A stretch of DNA of 64,000 bases from an uncultured Thermoplasmatales archaeon (lineage in GTDB: Archaea; Thermoplasmatota; Penumbrarchaeia; Penumbrarchaeales; Penumbrarchaeaceae): NCBI GenBank assembly GCA_964445525.1, contig CAYULA010000018.1, positions 36-64,035 on the forward strand, written 5' to 3'. The notes under the pieces were generated by a model. The model did no database searches. It was not told where the DNA came from and was given only the letters and a program-made list of their open reading frames with translations. The position numbers and the translations under genes are program-made. Shown here in pieces: positions 1 through 7,844 of this stretch (position 1 is its first letter; the number at the start of each line of letters is the position of its first letter).

Positions 1-103
1 TTGTTTGTGCAACACCCTGTGGTTTATTACGACCGTACTGGTTGTCAATATCACAACAAAAGAGAACAGGATCCGGATGATAACCGATCATATGATCTTC
101 CAT
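1..103 (-). CDS. hypothetical protein, 5' end only (gene runs off the window start)
   Basis: ATG at 103-101 (minus strand) opens a frame (MEDHMIGYHPDPVLFCCDIDNQYGRNKPQG...) that stays open to position 1. It starts 4 nt after the stop of ORF 107..319. No family recognised. Confidence 0.25.
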   Translation of the reverse strand, partial: MEDHMIGYHPDPVLFCCDIDNQYGRNKPQGVAQT

Positions 104-106
104 TCA

Positions 107-319
107 TCAGCGATAACCTATATCATCTGGGAAAACCTGGATCTGTATTTGAGGAACCTCTTCCAGAAGCTTGTATTCCTCATCCTGTTCCTGATCACAT
201 TTTCGGTATTGAGGACCCTTGTAGAAAATGAGAGGAGATTTGTCCATAACCGCCACTAATAACTTTCGAACCGACCCAGGATCGAAAAGAGCCGTATTCC
301 ACCCATATCTATTTAGCAT
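107..319 (-). CDS. hypothetical protein (70 aa)
   Basis: ORF-track entry. Its composition looks coding and it is tightly followed by the partial ORF at 1..103. No motif recognised. Confidence 0.3.
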   Translation of the reverse strand: MLNRYGWNTALFDPGSVRKLLVAVMDKSPLIFYKGPQYRKCDQEQDEEYKLLEEVPQIQIQVFPDDIGYR

Positions 320-352
320 AGGGTCTTTTATGAGTTACCAGGAAGCCTCGCC

Positions 353-862
353 ATGGAACAAAACATTTTTTCTATATCCCTGCAAGAGTACAATGGATTC
401 AAAGTCTGGGAACTCGATGACATTCCAAAACCAAATGAGGTTCGTTCCGGTACTGCCAGGTATCATGGACAGAGGTACGTTGAACAGTTGATGAAAAGCG
501 TGAACAGGAAGGTTTTCATGAACAAGGAAGACCGGTTTTTAGCCCCTCTTTATTCTATTTTGGAGAACAGCCTGGAAAACGGAGTGGAGGACGAGGCATG
601 GATCAAATGGGATGACAGATCACATTATACCCGTATCAGCTGGACTGGTTACTTATGGAAGCTTCCTCCCGAGATCAAGAGAAGGTCTGTTCTGATAGAG
701 ATCCTGAAGATCGGGACGGAGATCCCTCCTGCTGAGTTGAAGGTCACCCTGAAAAAGATCGCTGATGATAAGGGAGATATCCTGATACCTCCAAAGGTGG
801 TCTCCAAGTTGAACCTGAAAAACGGCGATCCAGTGAATGTTAGGATGAGGATCTGCAAATAA
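353..862 (+). CDS. hypothetical protein with C-terminal AbrB/SpoVT-like swapped-hairpin domain
   Basis: The C-terminus ILIPPKVVSKLNLKNGDPVNVRM resembles the AbrB/MazE/SpoVT DNA-binding motif. The N-terminal 120 aa are unassigned. Confidence 0.55.
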   Translation: MEQNIFSISLQEYNGFKVWELDDIPKPNEVRSGTARYHGQRYVEQLMKSVNRKVFMNKEDRFLAPLYSILENSLENGVEDEAWIKWDDRSHYTRISWTGYLWKLPPEIKRRSVLIEILKIGTEIPPAELKVTLKKIADDKGDILIPPKVVSKLNLKNGDPVNVRMRICK

Positions 863-870
863 AAAAATTA

Positions 871-896
871 GGATCCCGGATAATGTTTCGGGATCC
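871..896. terminator. bidirectional hairpin between convergent genes
   Basis: Perfect 8-bp stem GGATCCCG (871-878) / CGGGATCC (889-896) with a 10-nt loop. An A-run lies upstream (861-868) and a T-rich tract downstream (897-912). Confidence 0.45.
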
Positions 897-959
897 TGTT
901 TCTTTTCTTCTAAATATGCCAGAATGTGGCAGTATCAATCGGAATATGTATGAGATTGA

Positions 960-1226
960 TTACCAGGAACGATTTCCTCTTTCTTCCCTGGGACGTGCGA
1001 CATTGACCTTCAATGTCCTTCCGTCCAGTTCCTTGCCGTTAAGTCCGGAAATGGCTTTTTCGCCTTCTTCATCATCGCTCATTTCCACAAAACCGAATCC
1101 CTTGGACCTGTTTGTATACCTGTCCATGATGATCTTCACATCATCAACCGATCCGAATTCTTCAAAAGCCTTTCTCAGTTCGCCTTCTCCCGTATCGAAG
1201 GAGAGATTTCCAACGTATATATTCAT
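960..1226 (-). CDS. RRM-type RNA-binding protein (88 aa)
   Basis: RNP-2 motif IYVGNL at the N-terminus and RNP-1 motif KGFGFVEM. The size and layout are those of a single-RRM protein. Confidence 0.85.
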   Translation of the reverse strand: MNIYVGNLSFDTGEGELRKAFEEFGSVDDVKIIMDRYTNRSKGFGFVEMSDDEEGEKAISGLNGKELDGRTLKVNVARPREERGNRSW

Positions 1227-1342
1227 TCAAATACCCCCTTTGCCTGATATCGGGGGCCTAAAGCACCAAATCTCAAGCCTAGAGCAGGTTAGCTAAACAT
1301 AGGTTATACTTATACTAGTCGGCCAAAAAACCGATTTTTGTC

Positions 1343-2338
1343 CTAATCGATATAAATCGTATCAGGTCCCCTCTCCCAGGGTTTCTCTCGTTTCCAATCC
1401 TCTATCCACTCTTCCGGGATTGCCAAAGATATTGCAGCAACATCTCCCAGATGCTTCCCCAATCCCGTAGATTCTATTCTTACCTCCTGTGAAAGCAAAG
1501 GAAACGATCTGTAGAAAACCTCTTTCACCATTGGCAGGAGCAGTTCCTCATTATTGAGAAAAACACTGCCTCCGATCGTGATCATGGAGGTATCCAGGAC
1601 AGCATTCAGGGAAGCTATGCCCTTTGCGAAATAGGTGGCAGTCCTCTTCACAACTTCAACTGCCTTGTCATCACCCTGATGATACCTATCGAAGACTTCG
1701 GCAGTGGTGACATCCTTTCCATACCGGTTTGCGATCGAGGTCCCCGAAGACCACGCCTCCAGATCACCCACATTGCCGCATCCGCAGGTGGGGCCCTCCA
1801 ATCCGAGGTATATGTGCCCTCCGTGAGGGGCGTTTCCGTTCTTTCCCTTGATCAATCTCCCATCCACATAAGCTCCTGTTCCAATTCCGGTGCTCCAGGT
1901 GACATACATCAGATCATCGATTCCTTCCCCCTTTCCGAATATCTTCTCCGCAACAACTCCTGAAACCGCGTCATTTTCGATCTGGAGAGCTTCATAATAT
2001 TCTCTTAGGACCTTCTCGAGGGGAACGGAGTTCCAATCATTGGGGAGAACTTCCCTTTCGGGAGCCATCCCTCCGCAGATGTTTGGTGATACCAGTTCTA
2101 TCATTCCCTCGGTCCTCCTGAAAGGACCCGCGGAACTCACACCCACTGAATCTGGCTCCTCCCTCCCGGATTCCTCCATGCACATGTCAATGAGGTCCTT
2201 GACCTGCAGCGGTATGGAATTCGGCTTTCCCTTCAAAACAACCGGCTGCTGGACTCTTACAATTATACCCTCCCTGTCGGAAATCGAGACGGCCACCTTT
2301 GTGGCACCGATGTCAACAGCGGCGATGATTTCAGCCAT
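1343..2338 (-). CDS. ROK-family sugar kinase (probable glucokinase)
   Basis: N-terminal ATP motif AVDIGATKVAVS and ROK zinc motif GHxxxxxxGPxCGCGNxGDLE. I prefer the ATG at 2338, which has GGAG 8 nt upstream. The track ORF extends to a TTG at 2395. Confidence 0.85.
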   Translation of the reverse strand: MAEIIAAVDIGATKVAVSISDREGIIVRVQQPVVLKGKPNSIPLQVKDLIDMCMEESGREEPDSVGVSSAGPFRRTEGMIELVSPNICGGMAPEREVLPNDWNSVPLEKVLREYYEALQIENDAVSGVVAEKIFGKGEGIDDLMYVTWSTGIGTGAYVDGRLIKGKNGNAPHGGHIYLGLEGPTCGCGNVGDLEAWSSGTSIANRYGKDVTTAEVFDRYHQGDDKAVEVVKRTATYFAKGIASLNAVLDTSMITIGGSVFLNNEELLLPMVKEVFYRSFPLLSQEVRIESTGLGKHLGDVAAISLAIPEEWIEDWKREKPWERGPDTIYID

Positions 2339-2391
2339 GGAAACTTCTCCTTTCTTTAAAAGGAAGTTTGCAGGGCTTAATAATTGATCGG

Positions 2392-3615
2392 TCAATTGCC
2401 ATTAAGGGATGAGAACAGGTCCAGATAGTCGGACATCAATCTGGTTATCAGGAAATTCTCCCTGACGTGCTCTCGCCCCTTTTTCCCCATCTCTTCTCGC
2501 AATCCATCATCTTCAAGCAAATCGACTATCCTCTCAACGAAACAGTCGTTATCTCTTGGATCACATAGGTATCCAGTCTCTCCGTCCATAATTTGAAGAG
2601 GTATTCCCCCGACCCTTGAGGTTACGACAGGAGTGCCTTTCCAGAGGGCCTCCGAAACCGTCAACCCGAATCCTTCACGAAGAGATTTCTGAATTACGAC
2701 ATGCGAGATCCTCTGAAGTGCATTCACGAACAGCTCCTCGGCGTTTACAACGAGAATAATATCTCCGGAATCGATCAGCTCTCTCGCCTTCTCCTCCACC
2801 CTCTTGAAGATCTCCCACCCCTCGGGATCGTCGGAGGCCATGCTTCCGCAGAGTATCAGTCTGCAGTCGAACCTCTCCTTCACTTTCTTGTATACTTCAA
2901 TTACTCCCTCGGGATCCTTCCATATGTCGAACCTGGATATCTGGGATATTATGGGTTTGTCCAGGGGTATCTCGTGATGGGCCATCTGCTCTCGGATCTT
3001 CTTTTGATCCAGATCCATGTTCTTCTCGGTGAGTGGATCGATAGCCGGATGGATGATCACATCATCCATATAAAGATCGTCCTTCCTGTAATCCTCATGG
3101 GAGATGATCATTTTATCGTATTTTTCGATGTATTTTTTCGCGAATTTCCACAGTTCTGGATTAGGGTCGGTGATATCGATATGGAGCCTCCAGATCCAGG
3201 GCTGTTTCTTCTCAACGAAAGATATCAAAGGCAGAGGCTGCGGATCGTGTATTACCACTACATCATAGTCAAAATCATTGTATGTGGTGAATTCCTCATT
3301 CGTTCCGAGATAGAGCTCCTTTACCCTTTCCGTTAAATCGATCTCACCGCCCTGAAGCGCGTTGTGGAAGCTCTTTGTAACCTCGAAGAATTCATGGAAA
3401 CCCCTGAGTATCTTCCATTCGATGTTGAGGCCCAAATGATTGAGCATGGGAACCATGGAGTTCAGCATCTCCGCCACACCCCCGCCGTCCGAGGTTGAGT
3501 TCACCATCAGGTATCTCTTGCCGTTTTGTGCGTTGGCCTTTTCAATCAATTCGTCCAACTTCTTATCACCGATAACTGGTCTGTACTGTTCGAGGTCGAT
3601 CATGGAGGATCCCAT
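2392..3615 (-). CDS. treT: GT4 glycosyltransferase, trehalose glycosyltransferring synthase (TreT)-like
   Basis: The N-terminus (LEQYRPVIG...VNSTSDGGGVAEMLNSMVPML...IEWKILRG) closely resembles Thermococcales TreT. It has a C-terminal GT-B E-x7-E region (REGFGLTVSEALWKG) and sits next to the OtsA-OtsB fusion. Confidence 0.75.
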   Translation of the reverse strand: MGSSMIDLEQYRPVIGDKKLDELIEKANAQNGKRYLMVNSTSDGGGVAEMLNSMVPMLNHLGLNIEWKILRGFHEFFEVTKSFHNALQGGEIDLTERVKELYLGTNEEFTTYNDFDYDVVVIHDPQPLPLISFVEKKQPWIWRLHIDITDPNPELWKFAKKYIEKYDKMIISHEDYRKDDLYMDDVIIHPAIDPLTEKNMDLDQKKIREQMAHHEIPLDKPIISQISRFDIWKDPEGVIEVYKKVKERFDCRLILCGSMASDDPEGWEIFKRVEEKARELIDSGDIILVVNAEELFVNALQRISHVVIQKSLREGFGLTVSEALWKGTPVVTSRVGGIPLQIMDGETGYLCDPRDNDCFVERIVDLLEDDGLREEMGKKGREHVRENFLITRLMSDYLDLFSSLNGN

Positions 3616-3683
3616 CCCTGTGTCAACACTAAAAGAGAAATCGATTAAAAAGTTTGCATATGATTTCCATTATTGAGAAAGAC

Positions 3684-5915
3684 TCAGAGGTCTGCCATCT
3701 TTTTTAGAAAGAACCTCACATCCTCAACGTTCTTCACGTTGAATCTGGCCTTCGAGGTTCTGTATCCCACTCTTATGGAATAACTTTTCTCCGGCATCTC
3801 CTCGAACATGTCCTCATCGGTCCAGTCGTCCCCGACAGCCATCAGAAAATCCCATTTACCCCTGTCCAGCCAGTTATTTATCGCCCTGCCCTTGTTAATC
3901 CCGATGTTTTTTATCTCGATAACCTTGTTGCCGTTCAGGATACCCACGTTCAGATTTGATATCATATTGTGGAGGGTCTCCTTCATCTCGCTTATCTGGG
4001 CATGGGCCTGATGTTGATCCGCTCTCCTGTAATGCCATGCGAGAGAGTAGCCTTTCTCTTCGATGAAAGCTCCTGGTGTCTTGATGACATATGATTCAAG
4101 GACCGGACGGATCTTCTCCTTCCAGGATTTCTCCAGATGTTCGATCATCCTCCAGTCCTCACCCCTTGGTCTGATCCAGACACCATGCTCGGCAACAATA
4201 TTCAGTTCCAGGTCCCCGAACCATTCGTTGAGGGTTTTTTTATCCCTTCCGCTGACGATAATTACTTCTGTATTTTTCTGGACTATCAGTTTCTTGAGGC
4301 ATGACAGGAGCTCCTCGTCCGGTACAGCTTCTCCGGGAAGCTTGCGAAAACCGGTCAAGGTTCCGTCATAATCAAGCATCAGTAGACGTTTTCCTGCCTT
4401 TTGGAAATCCTTTACCATTCTATCGATCGCGGGTCCGTCCATCTTCCTGAAACTCTTCTTAACCTGTATCTCCTTAACCTTCTCCAGTTCCGAGATGAAA
4501 TCCGAAGCCCATCTGTCCACATCGTACTTCCTTATCCTGTCCCTCATTATCCGATTGCTCTTGATCTGTTTTCTCCTGGGCATCTCCAGGGCCTCGTAAA
4601 TGGAATCTGCAACCTCTTCGATGTTCTTCGGATTGACATGAAGAGCCTCCCCGAGCTCCTTTGCCGCACCTGCCAGTTCTGAAAGTATCAGGACTCCCGT
4701 ATGTTCCGATCTGGATGCTATGTATTCCTTTGCTATCAGGTTCATACCATCCCGAAGCGGTGTTATCAATGCCACATCAGCAGTTGAATAGAGTGCTAGT
4801 AGCTGGTTCTGGGGAATGTTCTGGAATATGTACCAGATCGGGACCCATCCAAGTCGGGTGTATTTTCCGTTGACCTCCCCCACCAACTGTTCCACCTCCA
4901 CCCTGAGATCTTGATAGGTGTCCACTCCTATTCTGGAGGGACTGGCGACATTTATCAGTGTGACCTTCTCGTGATATTCGGGGTATTTTTCCAGAAATCT
5001 TCCGTAAGCTTTGATCCTCTGGGGAATGCCTTTTGTGTAATCCATCCTGTCGATGGACATTATGATCTTCCTGTTGTCCACCATCCTCAAGATATCCTTT
5101 TTCTCCTTCACCACATCCGGAGACTTTGGTGCGACCGAGAAATATTCGAAGTCTATACTGATGGGGAATGAGCTGACCTTCACGGTCCTGGAACCAATCT
5201 GAATGTAACCCAGGGAATTCTCGTATCCGAGGAGCCTCCTTACGCTGCTCAGAAAATGCAGCACGTAATCATATGTGTGAAAGCCAATCAGGTCCGCTCC
5301 CATCATTCCCCTTAGAATCTCGTTCCTCCAGGGGAGGGTCCTGAATACTTCGGAAGATGGGAAAGGGATGTGGAGAAAATACCCGATTGAAAGCTCCGGC
5401 ATCTTCTTCCTGAGCATTCTGGGAAGAAGGAACAGGTGATAATCATGTATCCAAACGGTGTCCCCTTTTTCGGCAACTTCCAGGATCTCCTCTGCGAATT
5501 CCTCGTTTACCCTCCTGTACGCTTCCCAATCCCCCGGATCCATCTTGGTATGGGTTATGAAATAATGAAACAGGGGCCAGATGGTTTTGTTGGAAAAACC
5601 TTCGTAATACATTTCCACGTCGCAGCCGGAAAGAAAGACACCCCTGCACCTTTTCTCCATGAGTCCCGATCTGATCTTTTCCTTATCCTCTTGTGATAGT
5701 TCCTCGGAATTCACTCCCGACCATCCCACCCATACCGAGTTGTAATCTCTGTAAAAGGATGAAAGGGCCGTTGCCAGTCCACCTATGCTCGGAGTGAATT
5801 CAAAATCATTGCCACCCCTGTCTATCTTGATCGGAAGTCTGTTCGACACCAGGATCATTTTTCCCATTTCAGGTCCCCGCAACTGAAATCCGGAACCCTG
5901 ATCCCTCTGCAGCAT
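3684..5915 (-). CDS. bifunctional trehalose-6-phosphate synthase/phosphatase (OtsA-OtsB fusion, TPSP)
   Basis: GT20 motifs are present (ILVSNRLP, VWIHDYHLFLLP, LREGMNL-like RDGMNLIAKEY). The C-terminal HAD domain begins LMLDYDGTL and has GDDWTDEDMF. The likely true start is ATG 5867 (MGKMILVSNRLP). Confidence 0.9.
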   Translation of the reverse strand: MLQRDQGSGFQLRGPEMGKMILVSNRLPIKIDRGGNDFEFTPSIGGLATALSSFYRDYNSVWVGWSGVNSEELSQEDKEKIRSGLMEKRCRGVFLSGCDVEMYYEGFSNKTIWPLFHYFITHTKMDPGDWEAYRRVNEEFAEEILEVAEKGDTVWIHDYHLFLLPRMLRKKMPELSIGYFLHIPFPSSEVFRTLPWRNEILRGMMGADLIGFHTYDYVLHFLSSVRRLLGYENSLGYIQIGSRTVKVSSFPISIDFEYFSVAPKSPDVVKEKKDILRMVDNRKIIMSIDRMDYTKGIPQRIKAYGRFLEKYPEYHEKVTLINVASPSRIGVDTYQDLRVEVEQLVGEVNGKYTRLGWVPIWYIFQNIPQNQLLALYSTADVALITPLRDGMNLIAKEYIASRSEHTGVLILSELAGAAKELGEALHVNPKNIEEVADSIYEALEMPRRKQIKSNRIMRDRIRKYDVDRWASDFISELEKVKEIQVKKSFRKMDGPAIDRMVKDFQKAGKRLLMLDYDGTLTGFRKLPGEAVPDEELLSCLKKLIVQKNTEVIIVSGRDKKTLNEWFGDLELNIVAEHGVWIRPRGEDWRMIEHLEKSWKEKIRPVLESYVIKTPGAFIEEKGYSLAWHYRRADQHQAHAQISEMKETLHNMISNLNVGILNGNKVIEIKNIGINKGRAINNWLDRGKWDFLMAVGDDWTDEDMFEEMPEKSYSIRVGYRTSKARFNVKNVEDVRFFLKKMADL

Positions 5916-6020
5916 ATATTATGATTTTAGCTGGTAAACGATATTTGAAACCATAATCTTATATACAAAAATTTTCAAATCAAGTGATATTTGTATTATA
6001 TATCCTGATGTTTTCCATAT

Positions 6021-6239
6021 ATGGTTGAAGGAGTCGAACTCGTTTTAACAATAATTCATCTCATTTTTTCCATATCTGCGGTGGCATGGGGGGTATACGG
6101 TATTGCCTATAGGATATTCATCTCGTCCAAAAACCATATCAGATTCCTGGAAGTTGAGACGCCGGGATGGTATAATGTGGCTTTCTGGATCATCATCATT
6201 CCGTTTTTGATCGTCGGTGCGGTTTTGATGTTAATGTGA
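6021..6239 (+). CDS. small 2-TM membrane protein, hypothetical
   Basis: Two hydrophobic segments. It follows an AT-rich divergent promoter region (5916-6020). Confidence 0.35.
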   Translation: MVEGVELVLTIIHLIFSISAVAWGVYGIAYRIFISSKNHIRFLEVETPGWYNVAFWIIIIPFLIVGAVLMLM

Positions 6240-7262
6240 TCATCGTCTTGGAGGTTTTTTCGGAACTCTACTCACCCTCCCGGGGGAGGTCCTTCCTCTC
6301 CTCTTTTCCGCGATCCTGTTCTTGTCCTTGTTTCCCTTGAGAACTAGCCAGATGACAAGGATCAGTACTCCTGCGAATCCAATTATCGGAACCAGGAAGA
6401 TCAGAAGGTAGAAACACATCATGGCCCCCATCAGACCAAGCAGCGCTTCCTCACCCAAAAATCCCTCCTCGAAATCTATATCGATTTTGTATTCTCCCTC
6501 GCCCCAGACGGAGAGATATACATTTTCTTCCTCATCACCGTAAGGGTACACATCCTCTTCCAGGGTCCTCCTCTCTCCTGGATGGGAGAGCTCCACCTCC
6601 TCGCTTACGCACTCCGAATAGATATCCATTCCCGCATATACGGAGCCATTTCCGGGATCGGTTTTTTCGATTCTCACTTTCACGGATCCTTCCCGGTCGC
6701 AGGGAATTCTATATCTGTCCATATCTTCATATTCGAGATAGCCGTATTCGAACTCGTATACTCGACCTTCCCTCTCGTCTCCGATCCCCAGTACGTCTGC
6801 TCTTTCATTGTATCCGGGAGCATCTTCGGGATCATTCATCTCCTCTATGAGGACCTCGACGGTGTAGTTGCCATTTCCGGAAACCGCTATGAAGAAATAA
6901 TCCTCTGCATCCCTGTTTAATAGCATTCCCCTCACCATTTCTCCGGCTATGGTCAATTCATCGATTGTTTCTTCTCCGGGTCCCTCTATGTTGATGCTTC
7001 TCCTGTAGGAATCGAAAACGTTCATTTCCAGTCCGTCCAGGCCAGTATCGGTTTTTTTAAGGGAGTAGAATATGACAGTATCTGCGGGAACATCGATCCT
7101 GTAAACATCCGGATCCCCGGTACCGTTAACCGATCCGTTAATATTGCCTTCCAGGAAGGATTGGGGCTCGTCCATTGAATCGTTTGGCTCCTCTTCCTCC
7201 ATGCCTAGTGCTGCACCTATCATTACCAGAAACATAATTGCGGCAGGTAATACCAGTTTCAT
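6240..7262 (-). CDS. secreted acidic protein with two PPC (pre-peptidase C-terminal)-like modules and a C-terminal TM anchor
   Basis: Signal peptide MKLVLPAAIMFLVMIGAALG. It has a repeated D-x-D-x-Y-R-I motif (GDPDVYRIDVPADT, YEDMDRYRIPCDREG), then a C-terminal hydrophobic helix and an Arg/Lys tail. Confidence 0.6.
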   Translation of the reverse strand: MKLVLPAAIMFLVMIGAALGMEEEEPNDSMDEPQSFLEGNINGSVNGTGDPDVYRIDVPADTVIFYSLKKTDTGLDGLEMNVFDSYRRSINIEGPGEETIDELTIAGEMVRGMLLNRDAEDYFFIAVSGNGNYTVEVLIEEMNDPEDAPGYNERADVLGIGDEREGRVYEFEYGYLEYEDMDRYRIPCDREGSVKVRIEKTDPGNGSVYAGMDIYSECVSEEVELSHPGERRTLEEDVYPYGDEEENVYLSVWGEGEYKIDIDFEEGFLGEEALLGLMGAMMCFYLLIFLVPIIGFAGVLILVIWLVLKGNKDKNRIAEKRRGRTSPGRVSRVPKKPPRR

Positions 7263-7266
7263 GTCA

Positions 7267-7560
7267 TCAATCCCCCACGAATCTCAAACTCCCCGTGTCA
7301 TCTCCGCTCACGAACTCCTTGTCGGGATCATTGACATATATCCTGGTCAATGTCCCGCAGTCCCTGCAGATGTCGCAGAAAAGGTAGGACCCGGCTGAGA
7401 AAATGCCGAAAGGACCCTTTGACCTCGGTCCGAGTGAACGGTTCTGGGTGGTCCTTATCTCCACCATCTTCTGAATGTTTGATCCACCACAGTGTAGGCA
7501 GAGATCCTTTCCCGTCATGTAATTCTCCTCCCATTCCCCGATGAGATAGGGACTCACCAC
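7267..7560 (-). CDS. zinc-ribbon protein, hypothetical
   Basis: Cys pairs CLHCGG ... CDICRDCG. Its stop lies 5 nt from the start of the downstream gene at 7262. Confidence 0.5.
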   Translation of the reverse strand: MVSPYLIGEWEENYMTGKDLCLHCGGSNIQKMVEIRTTQNRSLGPRSKGPFGIFSAGSYLFCDICRDCGTLTRIYVNDPDKEFVSGDDTGSLRFVGD

Positions 7561-7635
7561 TACTTCATTATTTCCTGAGTTTCACATGTATATCTGTACG
7601 AATAGCCTAAATATCCATAATCAGTTGGCCCGCCA

Positions 7636-7842
7636 ATGAACAGGAGGATCGTCACATGGGGGATCTCGCTTCTGATCTTGACCTTTCTTCTACCATTGGT
7701 CTTCTTTCTCCTTTCATTGACAGGATTTGAACTAATCGAAGGGCTTCTGCTGGGACTTGATTGGTTCTGCTGTATCGGCTGGTCCGTTCTCTTTATGTTG
7801 CTTGGACTGTTCCTTCTCATAATCGGTCTGAGAACAGAGTGA
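7636..7842 (+). CDS. small membrane protein, hypothetical
   Basis: Two clear TM helices. I prefer it over the low-complexity antisense ORF 7560..7820. Confidence 0.35.
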   Translation: MNRRIVTWGISLLILTFLLPLVFFLLSLTGFELIEGLLLGLDWFCCIGWSVLFMLLGLFLLIIGLRTE

Positions 7843-7844
7843 TC

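Noticed and set aside
7560-7820. 86-aa minus-strand ORF overlapping the small membrane ORF 7636..7842
   Set aside because: It is a Ser/Pro/Arg low-complexity sequence. The plus-strand frame gives two clean TM helices. Even that call is weak.
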